The notes beneath the pieces are model-generated. The model searched no databases. It was not told where the DNA came from and worked only from the letters and a program-made list of their open reading frames with translations. The position numbers were made by a program, and so were the translations under genes. DNA of 64,000 nt, from positions 62,250,001 through 62,314,000 of the forward strand of contig NC_087436.1 of the NCBI RefSeq assembly GCF_036321535.1, given 5' to 3'. Below, in pieces: positions 11,918-24,856 of the stretch (positions are counted from its first letter, which is position 1; each line of letters opens with the position of its first letter). This DNA is from Camelus dromedarius (taxonomy: Eukaryota).

Positions 11918-12199
11918 GCTAGTATCAGGATGGAATAGAGTTGAGAGGGCTTGAGTCTTGTATTTACATGTGTGCAGTGTAGAAAGGAACATATTGCCCA
12001 GGCAGAGGAGAGGATCCAGGAAATGAACAAACTCATTAGGAGTAGTGGCTCATGTAGTGGCTCAGAGACAGAGATGACCACTCAAGTAAAAGACTCTTGG
12101 GAATTATTTCAACTTGTAACTTGATGCAAGACATTGACTTCATGTTTTAATCAAACATGTCTATATTTTTAGGTGTAGGCTAACCTTAGTTTTTCTTAC

Positions 12200-13366
12200 C
12201 AACTTTAACCTTAGCCAGTTTGATTTCATACACAAACCTTTCTAGTAACATTTCGTTGTGGGAAAATAATTTGTTCAAAAAAACTATACCACACATGCTC
12301 ATTAATCAAGTGTTTATTTTCTGCCAAAATACAATGTATTTTGTTTTATGTTGTGTAAAACATTCTCAAGGTATGAAACCAAGTTTTAAACTACCAAACA
12401 ACAAAGACCAAATTTTTACTCATAAGTGTTATACAAGGACATGCTTACAAGAAAGCAAGGCATTAACACAATTTATTCCACTTCTATAAGTCAACTTTTC
12501 AGCTCTGAGAAACCATTGGATAGTAAACTATATTAATATGGAATCAAAAATTATTCTCTTGGAAATCTTCCCAGTGAGAGAAGGAGGATTCAGAATATGT
12601 TTCTGTTGTGGATTTCACAGCATTAAATATAAATAGCCTTTTATTCCTCAGTTGGCAAGGTAGCAAGGAAATGTTTTAGGCAAGGACAGGTGTCTTGTGG
12701 TATATTGCTAAGGATTTAATCAAGGACCTATATCCACTGTAGAACATCTTTTTAATGAATGTGTTTCACTTACTGGGGAGAAACTCATACTAATGAAGGT
12801 ACATCTGATTAAGGGAAATAACACATGCTTCTTTTAATCTTAACCATCATTTTTTCAAGAACAACATTTTATTAAAGTTGTATAAGTCATAACATGGGGA
12901 AGGTTGGCAATTACCATTTGAGTCAAAAGGCAAATAACCTGTAAATATTACCTTTCTGAATAGCAAGACTTTGTGTTTCATTTTTCTTAGTATATTTTAG
13001 AAGTGTTTAACTGGTACAGAATCAGCCATAAATTATATAGTTCTTAATCACCACAGCAAGGTTTTCATTTTTCCAGTGTAATCCTTGGTAAACTGTCATC
13101 CTTCTGTGATGGAACAAAACACTAGTGTTATGTTTTTAAAGTAACAAGTGATGAGTGTTCTACAAACTGCACATCCTCTCAGAAAGAGGTGCTGTCAAAG
13201 TGCCCTAATTCAGATGTTAATGCTGCTGCTTGCTTATGTTGCTGGAGGAAGACACTGAATTTTTGCTTTTCGACCTACCTCATGGTCAGTAAAAGTAGAA
13301 TGAATACTTAGGATTCATCTTTGAAGATGTTCAATGTAGCAAATGTAGAAGTTATCATGATATTCC
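12200..13366 (-). pseudogene. Large fossil exon region with several ASH-like repeats
   Basis: HLFLRGCAVCRTLITCYFKNIT; RCTFISMSFSPVSETHS; PPSLTGKISKRIIFDSILI*FT; SLLFGSLKLGF (FGSLKLG at 12378-12398); donor TTG|gtaaga at 12199. Confidence 0.65.
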
Positions 13367-15017
13367 CTGGCCACAATAAGAATGCCTTGTTTATTTAAAA
13401 TGTGCACATTTCCTAGGTTAAAGTAAAAAATGGTTTTTTTAGAACCCATGGTAGGATGTGCATTATAAGATAATATTCATGTCTTAAAGTCATGAAAATA
13501 CAGGATGTTCATCCATTAGAAGTATATGATGTCCTAAAGTTTCTGAATTAATGTAAATTTTAACATTAATAGACAAATTTAGTGTCATGATATATCATAG
13601 TCCATAGATTTGATAAGTAAATAGAAAAAACTCACAGGCATGTACTCACATAAAACCTAAACATGATATTAATTCAGACAGTCTTTTCCCCATATGAAAT
13701 GATAAAATCACTTCACCCAGCTCTCCAAATGAAGGATAATACAGTAGTTCCAACTGAATTAGAAGTGGAGTGAACTTGGAGCTAAATGAATCATAAATCA
13801 ATAAATACCTCAGCCTGCCGCTTCATGGTTTATTGATTCACAAGCTGTTTATCTCACACTCATTGTGCTTCAGTGCAATTATCGTTTAATTACATTTTCT
13901 GTATGTACCAAATTGTATTTTAGATGTCTTCCTAGACCAAACAATTTCAAGCTCTATATCTACTCACTAACCATGGGTTTTGTTTATCTTTTCTTCTTCA
14001 GTATGCTAGTCTTGATTTCTGCTTGTATATGAGACACATCTCACAATAGGACCTATTAAAGCACATTTAACAAACTCTCCCTAATTACAATCATGTTTAT
14101 TGTTCTCATTTTTTATGTCAAGATTGATTTGAAATATAACACATGATGTGTTAGAGTAAGTATAGCATAGTATAAACCACAAAAAAGCTATTGAATTTTA
14201 TGAATCTAAACCATTAAACTTGTGCTTTTATTCAATCTAACTATGAAATGCTCTAGAGAGATAATATAATTATGAATTGACTTGATGTTGATCACTTAAG
14301 ATATTTAAAAAAACAAAATAGAGTGTAGAATAGTCTTTCTAATTTCACATTATCAACTTTTAAAAATGTAATATTCAGTGAGCAACACAGATAGCAGATA
14401 ATTTTCTACTTAACATAATCTGAGGCATAAAGCAAATTAAAGATTTTTTTCTAATCAGAAAGAAAAATTACTAAGCTAAGAATCTATGAAATAATGTCCT
14501 GGATAAAACTGTTCAAAGCATCTTTCAGAAGCAGTAACAAATAGTATGTGATGGATTAAAAAGAGATTCCCCTTAAAGAAGATACTAATTACAGATGATC
14601 TTGCTAAATGGGAGCAGATTTTTAACTTATATGTAATATGTAACATGATATATGTCATTCTTTAAAATTAAAGAATCCATCTGTTATTTTTATCGCTATT
14701 GGGAGAGTGAGGTCAACTTTGAGACCTGTCATCAGAGGTTAGATCTGATTAATACTCTGTGAGACAAATAGCACCCAATTTACCATAAACTCAATAAAAC
14801 AACTACATTGACAGAAAAGACCATTTGGAATGATTTGTTCTTCCATGGTCTTAAACCCCAAATTTAAAGCATATACTTAGATTTCAAAACTTCATTAATT
14901 TCAAAACCTCACTTATTTCTAAATATATATAAAACTACAAAGCTATTGTGCATAAATAAATTCTACTGGATTTCCAAGCTGTAGATGATGTTGCAACAAT
15001 AAACTCTAAACACATAC

Positions 15018-15321
15018 TTTGGGAGTAAATCTAAGACATAAACTTCTCTACAAAATAAATTTTCCCCACTGAAATATTGACATAGAAAGTTTCTGTCTTC
15101 ATTTCAGATACATCCAAAATTAGAGACCAGAATATTAGGTATTGACTATTCCACCATTCCAAAGTGATGTGCTATTCTTCTAAGTAAAACTTGCGAAAAA
15201 TTAAATTGTCAAGTCTGTTGTTGTTTTTGGTGGTGATGGTGTCTCAAAGTTCTAATATATTCTCTGCATTACCATATGAGTGATGTCTCTGTTCCAAAAG
15301 TATTGTCCTGGTCATGTCATC
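15018..15321 (-). pseudogene. Possible fossil exon
   Basis: taatag|...DNTFGTETSLIW*CREYIRT / TITTKNNNRLDNLIF...TETFYVNISVGKIYFVEKF; donor AAA|gtatgt. Confidence 0.45.
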
Positions 15322-17289
15322 CTATTAATATAATTTTATTTCTATAACATTTTATTCAACACTATCTATGTGAAAGGCTTTGGGCAGATAGGTGGCAGTG
15401 GGAATTAGAGAAGAAGGAGAAAAGTTTTCTGTCAAATAAATTTGGAGATTTTGCCAATTACTATGCTTTAATGGAAATTTTCCAAATATATAAGCATGTA
15501 GAGGACTTTTACAAATTGTACACTCAGGAAACTGATTTTAATATTAATTAGTGTAATTCTTTTGCAAATATATTTGATGAAGAAAAAATTTTTTATGAAA
15601 TCTATTTACATACAAGCTCTCTAATATAAATAAATTAAATAAATAAATAAATAAATAATTCTCAAATTTTTTGAGAGATTTTATTTCTAGGATACAAAAT
15701 ACTGAAAAGGCAAACTTTAGATTTTAAATTCTTACCTAATTACATTGAGGTAATTAGATATTAAAATCAATATAATAATTCACCAATCAGATTATTTTCT
15801 TTCTTTTTCATAGGACACATTACTAAGCTTTCTGAATAAAATTTTTTTTAATATACTAAGGAAAAGTAGTAATAAAGTCATATTTTAAAATTTAACATTT
15901 CTAAACTTTTATTTTCTTCTCTATTTTCAACTTGAAATCTTCTAAATAGAGGCTGGAAGTATGTTTCAAAATTTATGTAATAATAATATAGAACATTCTA
16001 AATGTGTCTTGTATATTTTAGCAGTTCTCTCATCACTGCACTGCTATTTTGCAATAAGACAGAAGAGATTTTTTTTCAATGTTTTCAGCAATAGATTTTT
16101 GTTTTACCTGAGCATTCTTAATTTACAGTCATTTGTCTTTTTGTCTTACTCTAGAAATACTGGTTTAGAGCAATCGATTCTGAAATAAAAATACTTTATA
16201 GAAGGCAGCCTCACTTGGTCAATGTTAGGTTTTTTCTTTCTCCTCTAGAGCCTTGGGGATCACTTGTCTTTGTTTTTCCAAATTAAGAACACTGTCCCTA
16301 AAACCGTTATATAATTTTTTTCATTAAATTAAGTTGATGCAACAATGTTTGCTCATTCTCTCTCTCTTTTTTTTTTCTTTCTTCAATTGATGAGTGTACC
16401 ATTAACGAGTTTTCTGTGCAGAAAGTTTTACTGTGGAACTTTAAAAGAAGTAAAAGAAAAAAACTTACCTAACTCAAATTTGGTTTACCCATGTATTAGT
16501 ATATTCCTTCTGAAATTAATATTTAAAAAACCCTTATTTGGTACATATGTATCCATTTATTTCTTATCAGAAAGAGCAATTTCAGGCTGTGATGATCACA
16601 TGATTAAGAACAAAATCTTTAAGTGGACAGAATTTGACAATGGAAAGTACCTCCCATTAACAATTAATATAGCTAGGAATTAACCAATCTATTATGTTAG
16701 AATTCAAAAAACTGGCAAATAAATATGTGAGGACTTATGCTAAAATGAAATACAAAGGGAAATATGGTTATGTTTAAGACATTTGGCTGTATGAGGAAAT
16801 GTAGAATTGACATAAAATGACTTCAGTGACGTTTACAGAATTAATTACAATGGAATGACATTAAGACTTTAATGTATATATTTACCCCATGTGACTTACT
16901 GGCCTGTGTCCATACCACTTGATGATATAATGAAACTGAATTTCACAAACGAGGTAGCAAGTGTCAGCACAAGAGGAGAAAGCCTTTAAGGAACTTTCCT
17001 GCTGTGTTTGTATTAGCTAGACTGCTAATTTCTTTAGTACTCATTTCCCCTCTGGCACTGCTAAACTAGTGTTTGCCCAGGATATCTGTGGCATGCACTT
17101 ATTTGTGTACACATGATCACCCTATTTAATAAGATATCATTATTAACATTAAAATAGAGTAACTAAGGATCATCAATGAAAATTCTAGCTGGTAATCTCA
17201 ACACTTTTTAGACTTGTTCTGCTGTGTTTCATAAAACATTTAGATTTCTCCAAAAGAATCAACATGTCTGACTTTGTGTACACTCAGTA

Positions 17290-17725
17290 AACACAAAAGT
17301 AAGAGCATCAGAGAGTGAATAGTCTATTTGAGAATTAATTCCGAGACACCCATATGGCAGTAAGAAAGCAAGTTAGGGAAGGGAAGGCAGCCAAAATGTT
17401 GAATTACCAGGCAAGTGACCACTGTGTGCAATTAGAGCTTAACCCTACTGGTGATTTCTGAGAGTCAAATGTATCCTAGAGTCATCCCACCAAAGGGACA
17501 AAATATCTGGGGCATTCATACACCAACTTCCAGTAGTCATTAGTTGAGGGCTACTTGTAGGCAGTATAATTCTTCCACATTTACACATAAGCAGAATATG
17601 TTCCAGTAACCAGGAAAAGCCCTTAAGCAAGGAGATTCACATGTAGCAACTGGAAGTCTTCTGTGCACTGAAATGGTGAAACACAAGGAGATGTGGGTAG
17701 GACACAAGGACACAAATAAACACAC
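17290..17725 (-). mobile_element. ERVL LTR (LTR33-like)
   Basis: agggaagggaaggcagccaa...accactgtgtgcaattagagcttaacc...cacaccaacttccagtagtcattagttgagggct. Confidence 0.75.
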
Positions 17726-17804
17726 TGATTTTATGACTGTGATTAGACACCATTTTAGCTAGAAATTCATTTAAAGATTTTTGTTGCTGCTATTTCCTTT
17801 TCAC

Positions 17805-18215
17805 CTCTCAGAATGATCACTTTTTAGAATGTTTCAGAAATCATGATGCAAGGTTGTTTTAAGCATTGTGCATTGGTCTTTCTCAGTGTTGAGAAAGTAA
17901 TTCTTTTTCTGTTTTGCTTTGTCTTTAATAAAAAGTAAGAAATTCTTAAATCAAAACTCTCTAGTGGAGAGATCCCTGTCCTGTTCTATCTGATGGGACA
18001 AAAACACTTTTGTAAAGTGATTTCTTAACCATTCTCCAGCATAAGTCACCTGTTCCAGGTAGATAATTATACTAACTCTACCCACACATTCCTGGGGGAC
18101 TGTTGCCTTTACTTTCTTCTTCATATGTACAACATCCTTATCTGAGGTCCAAATCTAGTACCATTTTGTCTATCTAGACATCCTTGTAATCTCTGGTGAC
18201 TTCTCACCTGAAGTC
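17805..18215 (-). pseudogene. Possible fossil exon
   Basis: gcattttag| then a frame with ~67 consecutive open codons (IWTSDKDVVHMKKKVKATVPQECVGRVSIIIYLEQVTYAGEWLRNHF...). Confidence 0.4.
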
Positions 18216-18250
18216 CTAAAATGCTGCTGAGAGTACTAGTATTGGCATTA

Positions 18251-19740
18251 TCATTCATTTATCTAACAGTTACATTTTTTAGCTCCTAAATTAAGGCAGA
18301 CACTGTTTTAGCTCTATAAATATACCAGTTAAAAGCAAAAAAATTAATTCCTCTGCCTTCAAGGAGTTTATGCTGAAATAGTGGAATATAAATAATGAAA
18401 GATCAAAAATAAGTAAAATATGTAGTATGTTAATGGTATATGTGTTTTGGAGGGAAAGAAAACTAGAGAGGAGAAAGAGAGGATGTTGGGAAGTAGGGAA
18501 CTTGCAAATTAAAATTGGATAGCTAGTAAATCGAATTTACTTCAGGAGAGTAACATTTGAGCAATGATCTGAGAGTAATATTGATAACTGGGCAAAGTTA
18601 TGTTGATGACTGGAGGAATAGTATTCCAGGCAGTTGAAGCAGCAATTGCAAAGATCCTAAGATGACACACATATCTGTTCAAGGAAAAGTAGAGAAAACA
18701 GCGTGTGGAATGAGTAGAAGAAGACAAAGCTGAAGTGCCTGTAAGGGATTGTGCTGGGCCTTATAGATAACTGTAAACACTTTGGTTTTTACTCTGAGTG
18801 AAATAGGAAGGCATGGGGGAGTCTGTGAAGAGGAGTGACATGATGTGTTAAATCTTCAACAAGATCACTTTGTCTGCTGCCTGGACAACAGACGGTACAG
18901 AGAGGGATGAATGATAATTGTGGTTTAAACAGGGCACTAACAGTGGAGTTGTTGAAAATGTTTAGACTTTGGAAATATTTTAAGTATGGAAATGATAGGA
19001 CATGCTGACAAACTGAATGAAAGGCAGGAGCAAACAGGAAAAGTGCAGGATGACACCAAGTTATCTGATGGGTAACTCGGAGGACAGAATTGTCTTTATC
19101 TGAGAGGGAGACACATATAAGCATAAGCAAGTTTGGAGTTAAAGATTGGGAGCTCTCTTTTGGACATGTTCATATTGAGATCCCTATTAAACATCCAAGT
19201 TGAACTATTAAATAGTGAGGCATATGCTTATTTCTGAATTTCAGGAGAGCAGATAGCTTTAACAGTATATGAATTTGGGAGATATAGATATAGATATACC
19301 TTTGGATAAGAGCTTCAAGAGAGTAAGTAGACTGTTAAACTAAAGACATCCAAGGGATGAATCTCAGGGCATTTTAAAATTAATGAAAAGAGGGCAAAGA
19401 GATGAGGAAGAACCAGCAAGAGAACTGATCAGAAGTGACCAATGAGGAAACAGTTAAGCCAGAAGTGTATGATAATACTATCAAAGTTAAGTAAAGAAAA
19501 TATTTTATGGATGGGAGAATGATACATTTTGTTAAATGCTGCTGAAAAGTTAAATAAGATGTCAACTGAAATTTAGTTGTGGGATTGAGCAAAGTAGAGG
19601 TCATTGCTAACTTTGACAAAAAGCTCTCTGAAGTAGAAAGGTGAAGGTAAAATCCTGATAGGAATAGATTTACAAGATCATGGGAAGACAGAAAGTGGAG
19701 ACAGCCAGTGAAGATAATTCTTTTCCTGTGGAGGAGAGAA
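18251..19740 (-). mobile_element. LINE-2 fragment
   Basis: Starts with the reverse-complemented L2 3' end (cattcatttatctaac...cactgttttag...ctgccttcaaggagttta) and has typical internal L2 sequence (tttggacatgttcatattgagatccctattaaacatccaagt). Confidence 0.88.
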
Positions 19741-20141
19741 AGAGAGAACAGAGGCAGTGATTATGCAGGAAATTAGGGGGCATGCACACACAGGCACACA
19801 CACATGCATACAAAGAGCTACACAACAATTGAATGGGGCACTACCATGCCCCAGGCATTGTGCTTAATCCTGGGAAATAAGGGTGAACAAAACAAAAACA
19901 GGGGACTCATTTTCTCTAGTTGAAAAACCTACATCTTTTTATCAGCATTTTGTCCCAGAATATGGGAGTTTGTTTTCACTGTCATAAATCCATCACCTTA
20001 ATCTTAGATAATTGCTCTTTGTCTATTACCTTTCTATATCTTTCTAAGGAAAAGCCACACCTCTCATATTATACTTCTTAATTTAAATACAGCTTTTCTC
20101 TATTGCTCAGAATTCCCAGATATGGGGAACGATTTCTGTCA

Positions 20142-20438
20142 CCTCTGAATATTTATTTTATAGGTTGCTTTTTAACTGACGCAGAATTGGTAGGCAACAT
20201 TTTATGACAAATGATACTTCTGGTTTTATGGAGCAGGTTGAGGAGCTGGAGGTGATATGGAGGAAATTAGTCAAGGAAAGGGAAGAACCCTCACATGAAT
20301 ATCCACAAAATCTGCTGCTGAGTTTCCAAGAGTTTCCTCTAATCCAGGTCCAGCCATCAGCTCAGCTTTATCATGGATCTTCCTGAATTTCTATGGGATT
20401 TGCCTTATCTTTCTTTACAAAACAATTTTTTAGAAAAG
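20142..20438 (-). pseudogene. Possible fossil exon
   Basis: Strong acceptor ctttgttttgttag|; frame KFRKIHDKAELMAGPGLEETLGNSAADFVDIHVRVLPFP*. Confidence 0.35.
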
Positions 20439-21174
20439 CTAACAAAACAAAGGGGGAAAAATCCCTTTAAACTAGCCTAAACTCCATTCCTTGAATCAAA
20501 CTAAAGCCAACAATGCTACTGTATTTAACTTGTTCCCCTTGCCCTTTATCTTTTTGCATATCTCTTATTACACTGTTTCTACTACTTATATTTCTGGCAA
20601 AATAATTATATTGATACACACCTTTTGATTTTAATTATTAGTTGACTTATTATAGAATCATAAATTGATAGTTTTCCATTTTTCAAAACCTACAGACATT
20701 TGCATTTGATGAAAGCGTGAAAGATATATGTGACTGCAAGTTCAAATCAGTAAAAAATTATGTATGGACCATCACACTATTGTAGTCTGACCTATTGACC
20801 CTCAGTGTTCATTAGAAATTCATCAGTACCAGACTACTCTCTCTTCTTTGCTTCTTCCTTTTTTTTCTGATTTATTGGCTTTATGCCAAGGAGAGATTTT
20901 CTGCAGAAAACCTTTTTAATTAGCTCTTCACCCTCCTGATAGTTTCAGAATAATTCATATAAAATGAAAACTCAGATCATAGTTCACATTCTGAAAAAAT
21001 GCATGGAAACCTGGAGCTATCCAACAGTGCTATTCTCCTAAGAAAATTTCCAGCCCCTACCCCTTTTTTTGTGTGTGTGGAGGCAACAGGCAAAGATAAT
21101 TTTTCTTTTATTATATCTGAGACATTTAAAAATTCCTGACAACTTCAAAGCTTGATTTTTTCATGTAATAAAAG

Positions 21175-21400
21175 TAATAGCAATTTTTAAATGCTTACCA
21201 TGTGCTAGACATCAAACTAGACATAGTATGTGCTAGACATAAATATGGCTATTTTATTTATTCTTTCAACACCTACATTTGGCTGGTAATATTCTTGTGC
21301 TCATTTTGTAGATAAGAACATTGAAGACATACATGTTTAAGTGACTTATCCAAAGTCACAAAGTCAATAAATATTACAGTCTGAATGTCCAAATAGTTGG
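21175..21400 (-). mobile_element. MIR fragment
   Basis: cattttgtagataagaacattgaagac...tttaagtgacttatccaaagtcaca. Confidence 0.75.
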
Positions 21401-21699
21401 TCTTGTTCCAGAGCATGAATTGAAGTGTTGATGATATTGAATAACATCCTTTTATGACTATTCTATGTGTATTCACATGAATAAAAGTCATAAATATATT
21501 CTTAAAATTGTCAGCTTATAATTGCTGTGAAAGAGTTTAACGTCAATGGACATGTGTTGATAATGTGAAAGTGAAGCAATATAAACAAGTATCACTTTTT
21601 TCCCCATTACACTGTATGTGGAAAAATATTTAGTCAGGGAAGGAAAGGGGATGGTATCAGTTCAAAGGACAGGAGGCCTATAGTTCTAATTTTTTTTAC

Positions 21700-22057
21700 C
21701 TTCATTTTTCTCCTAAGCTGCAAAGAACTAAATGTCTGAGATTCCTAAAATTGGATTAATCCCAATAGTTCATTCTTGGAATCAGTGTATCCTTTTCCCA
21801 CTGTATTGGAAGGCAGGATGATTAGGACTAGCCAGTTGGCAAAGTGGTATACCAAGAAAAGCTAGGTTTCTTTCTCCATTTCTTCCATTCAGAGTGTTGT
21901 GATGGTGCCTCTTTCCTAAATGCTTTCCTGAGGTGTTGCCTCTCAGCAACCTGTCCATGCCAAACCCATGGAGATGAATCAATCAACAGGTCTTTTGTTA
22001 TTTCATACTATTGTCCCATTACATTTTCAGTTCCTGTGTTGTTCTTTCTGTGATTCT
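21700..22057 (-). pseudogene. Fossil exon candidate
   Basis: atctttag|AG ... AAG|gtaaaa; frame YEITKDLLIDSSPWVWHGQVAERQHLRKAFRKEAPSQHSEWKKWRKKPSFSWYTTLPTG*. Confidence 0.45.
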
Positions 22058-22090
22058 CTAAAGATAGCAAAAAAGGGCTACCATTGTTGG

Positions 22091-22424
22091 CTACTACTAA
22101 AAGATAAACTGGGGCAAATTAAAATTTATTACAATTTGTGAGAGTTTATTTGAGCAAAAATTAATTCTAATCAGGGAATCAGGGCAGTGGCAAGCTAGAA
22201 CTAGTGAGGAGAAACAGGAGCTCAGAGGAAAGGTGAAGCAAAGCAGGGAAATTATTCATTCACTATAGCTTAAAATCAGGTTGTCTATTTGTGGTTGGCT
22301 GCCCTAAGTTCCTGTTTTTATAACCTTGAGGCATTTACTGGTTTAGATTTTGGTTTGCTTGTGCAGGCTGCCAAGACATAGAGCCCCTTTGGTCTGATGG
22401 CCTCCTTGTTTAATTAATTTAACA
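22091..22424 (-). mobile_element. Solo LTR, ERV1-like
   Basis: gagagtttatttgagcaaaaa (AATAAA on minus) ... ggcctccttgtttaattaatttaaca terminus. Confidence 0.7.
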
Positions 22425-22574
22425 CTGGAAAGAAAGTAGACATTAAATGGCATGCTTTCCTCATTGTGTGTGATAGTAGGGGGTTGGATTAGAAGGTAAG
22501 AAGCTTGCAGAAAGTTGCAAACAAAGGTTTTTAGCTGTTGTTACTCAGTTTTGTCTTTTTTCTTTTCTTTTCTT

Positions 22575-22830
22575 TTTTTTTTTTTAATTAAACATTTTTT
22601 TGTAGGCTAGTTTCAATTTTGCAGCAAGATTGAAGGAAGGTACAGAGATTCCCCATCCATCCCCCACCCCCTCACATGCACGGCCTCCCCCATTGTCCAC
22701 ATCCCCCACTAGAGCAGCACACTGTTACAATTGATGAACCTACCTTGACACACCATAATCACCCAATGCCCCTGCGTTATATGAGAATTTACCCTTGGTG
22801 TTGTATATTCTGTGGTTTTGGGGCCAAATG
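22575..22830 (-). mobile_element. LINE-1 3' end (L1MC1-like)
   Basis: gtacagagattcccca...gttacaattgatgaacctaccttgacacaccataatcacccaa. Confidence 0.85.
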
Positions 22831-22862
22831 TTGTTTTAAGCCTCAAACAGAGCCTATTTTAC

Positions 22863-23342
22863 CTCGAGGTTCCATGTTTTTTTGGCTGTGTTACTCCATC
22901 AAACCGTTAGTGAACTCATCATCTAGTTGATTCCAAATCAGCAACATATGCCAAAGCTGATATTCAAGCTGTTTTCTAAAATACTTCTCTGTTTTGCATT
23001 TTTGTTTAAATTAAAAAAAAAAAGATTTTTAGCCTCATAGAGTACAGTGCTTTCTCTCTTACTCTCCCTCGCTTTGTTCATGTTCACATTTGACTTAATC
23101 ACAGGTACCATCCTCTCAGACTTCATTGGGAAATCCACACGTACAGTAGGACACTTTCTCTGTGGCAGATGTATATATACATTTATATGAAATACATATG
23201 TATGTATTTTCAAGAGTGAGGATACTCGGGGCACCAATTCCCTCCCTTCAAAGACTTTAATCAATGAGCGAAAGGTCACATTCTTGATTTGATCCTTATA
23301 ACAAAGCTGAGTATTAAGCAGCCTTTGTTTCTCAAAGTAAGC
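22863..23342 (-). pseudogene. Fossil exon segment with ASH-like motifs
   Basis: TLRNKGCLILSFVIRIK, then (shifted) ORF 22938-23279 IKVFEGRELVPRVSSLLKI...LNISFGICC*; donor GAG|gtaaaa. Confidence 0.6.
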
Positions 23343-23346
23343 ATTT

Positions 23347-23765
23347 AAACTTCTGAGACATAATTGACAATAAATTACACATATTTAAGTGTAGTGTGTG
23401 AGAGTTTTACATGTATATGTATCTGCAAAAGCATCTCCACAGTCAAGATAATGGACGTATTCATCACCTGTGAAAGTTTCTTCTCACCTTTGGCATATAG
23501 CCTCTCTTCTGTTCCTTACTCTCAAGCAAGAACTGATCTATCTTTTTTTGTGACCATAGTCTAGTATAAATGGACTAGAATTTTATATAAATGGAATTTT
23601 GTTACATTTAGCATAATTACTTTGACTTGTTATTGTAGTGTTGTATTCCATGTTGTGAATGTCCAAAAATATCTTTGTCCATTTACCTGCTGATAGACAT
23701 TTGAGTGATTTCTGGTTTTTGTCCATTGACAATAAAACTTTTCTGAATATTTAAGTACAAATGTC
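23347..23765 (-). mobile_element. Old LINE-1 3'UTR fragment (L1MB/MC-like)
   Basis: gagacataattgacaataaattacacatatttaagtgta...cacagtcaagataatggacgtattcatcacc...ctgctgatagacatttgagtgatttctggttt. Confidence 0.8.
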
Positions 23766-23769
23766 TTTA

Positions 23770-24520
23770 TTTTCAGTTTTAAATGACACACTTTACTCTC
23801 TGTAGTTAAATAGCAGTTTCTTCTTCCAGATCTATAGCGCCCTGGATAAATCCAGGGATTTTGTCTGTTTTATTACTGTCAGCTGTTTTCTGGGCTCATC
23901 TCTCTCTACTAATACTTTGCCAAATGCGGCCAGTAACAATGAGCATACATTATTAATATTCTGTATTTCAATCTGTAACTCCAGGGTTATAAGTTTATAA
24001 GACATTATCTTAGCCCTGAATTATCAAAAGCAAATTTTGCTAAAAGTTCTGCTACCATAGAATGTGAATCAGCATGATAGTATGGGTCCAGGTTTTCAGA
24101 GGAAAGGCTTAGTAACCCTCTTGTAAAGAGTAACTCCAAATTATAAACACAAAAAAGTGTTTGTAGTGAGAAGATAAATCGCAAAATAATCATAAATACA
24201 AAACATGATAAATATCAGATCATCATAAATAAAAAAAATTTATCTGATGTAACATTTTCTGCCTTTTTGATTATATTATCTTTTATTGCAGATTAATATT
24301 ATACTAAATTTTATAATATGTTTTTCTTTCAGAGAATGGAAATGAAATGTAAATCTGTGTTTTGTTTGGCATGGTAGGTCCTTTTATAAATTATTGACAA
24401 TTTGGACACATAGAACATAAGACTTCATGCATAGAAATACTACTGTTAATAGTAATGGTGTCCTTTTTGCCCCATTACTACTTTTTTGGCCCATTAACAC
24501 TAAAATGATTCTGATAATTT
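23770..24520 (-). pseudogene. Fossil exon region with ASH-like motifs
   Basis: GKKDTITINSS...KGPTMPNKTQIY/HFHSLKEKTYY; GLLSLSSENLD...FAFDNSG; LAAFGKVLVERDEPRKQLTVI (FGKVLV at 23907-23924). Confidence 0.62.
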
Positions 24521-24733
24521 CTATAATTCTTATAAAAAAGAAAATGTGCTGTATGTTTATAGTTATATACATCACATTATTTCCTATATTATAGAAGAGG
24601 AGAGAACTTCAGTTTTGAGTAGGTTTCCATAAAAAACAAATCCTCTGCTTACAGTTTGATAATTGGAAAAAATATTCCATGTACTAGTTTCTAACTTTAA
24701 ACTTACTGATCTTGTTACTCCTCCACGACTCAC

Positions 24734-24856
24734 CTTCTTCTGGTGCCATGTGCTACAGGAAACGTTTCTATTGCATAATTCCAAGTGAATCGGCAAGAGG
24801 GCTGCAAGAATATTCTAGGAAGCTTTTCTGCACTGGCATGGCTAACAACAATTTAG
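24734..24856 (-). pseudogene. Fossil exon candidate (123 nt)
   Basis: tttacag| ... AAG|gtgagt (consensus donor); *IVVSHASAEKLPRIFLQPSCRFTWNYAIETFPVAHGTRR. Confidence 0.5.
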
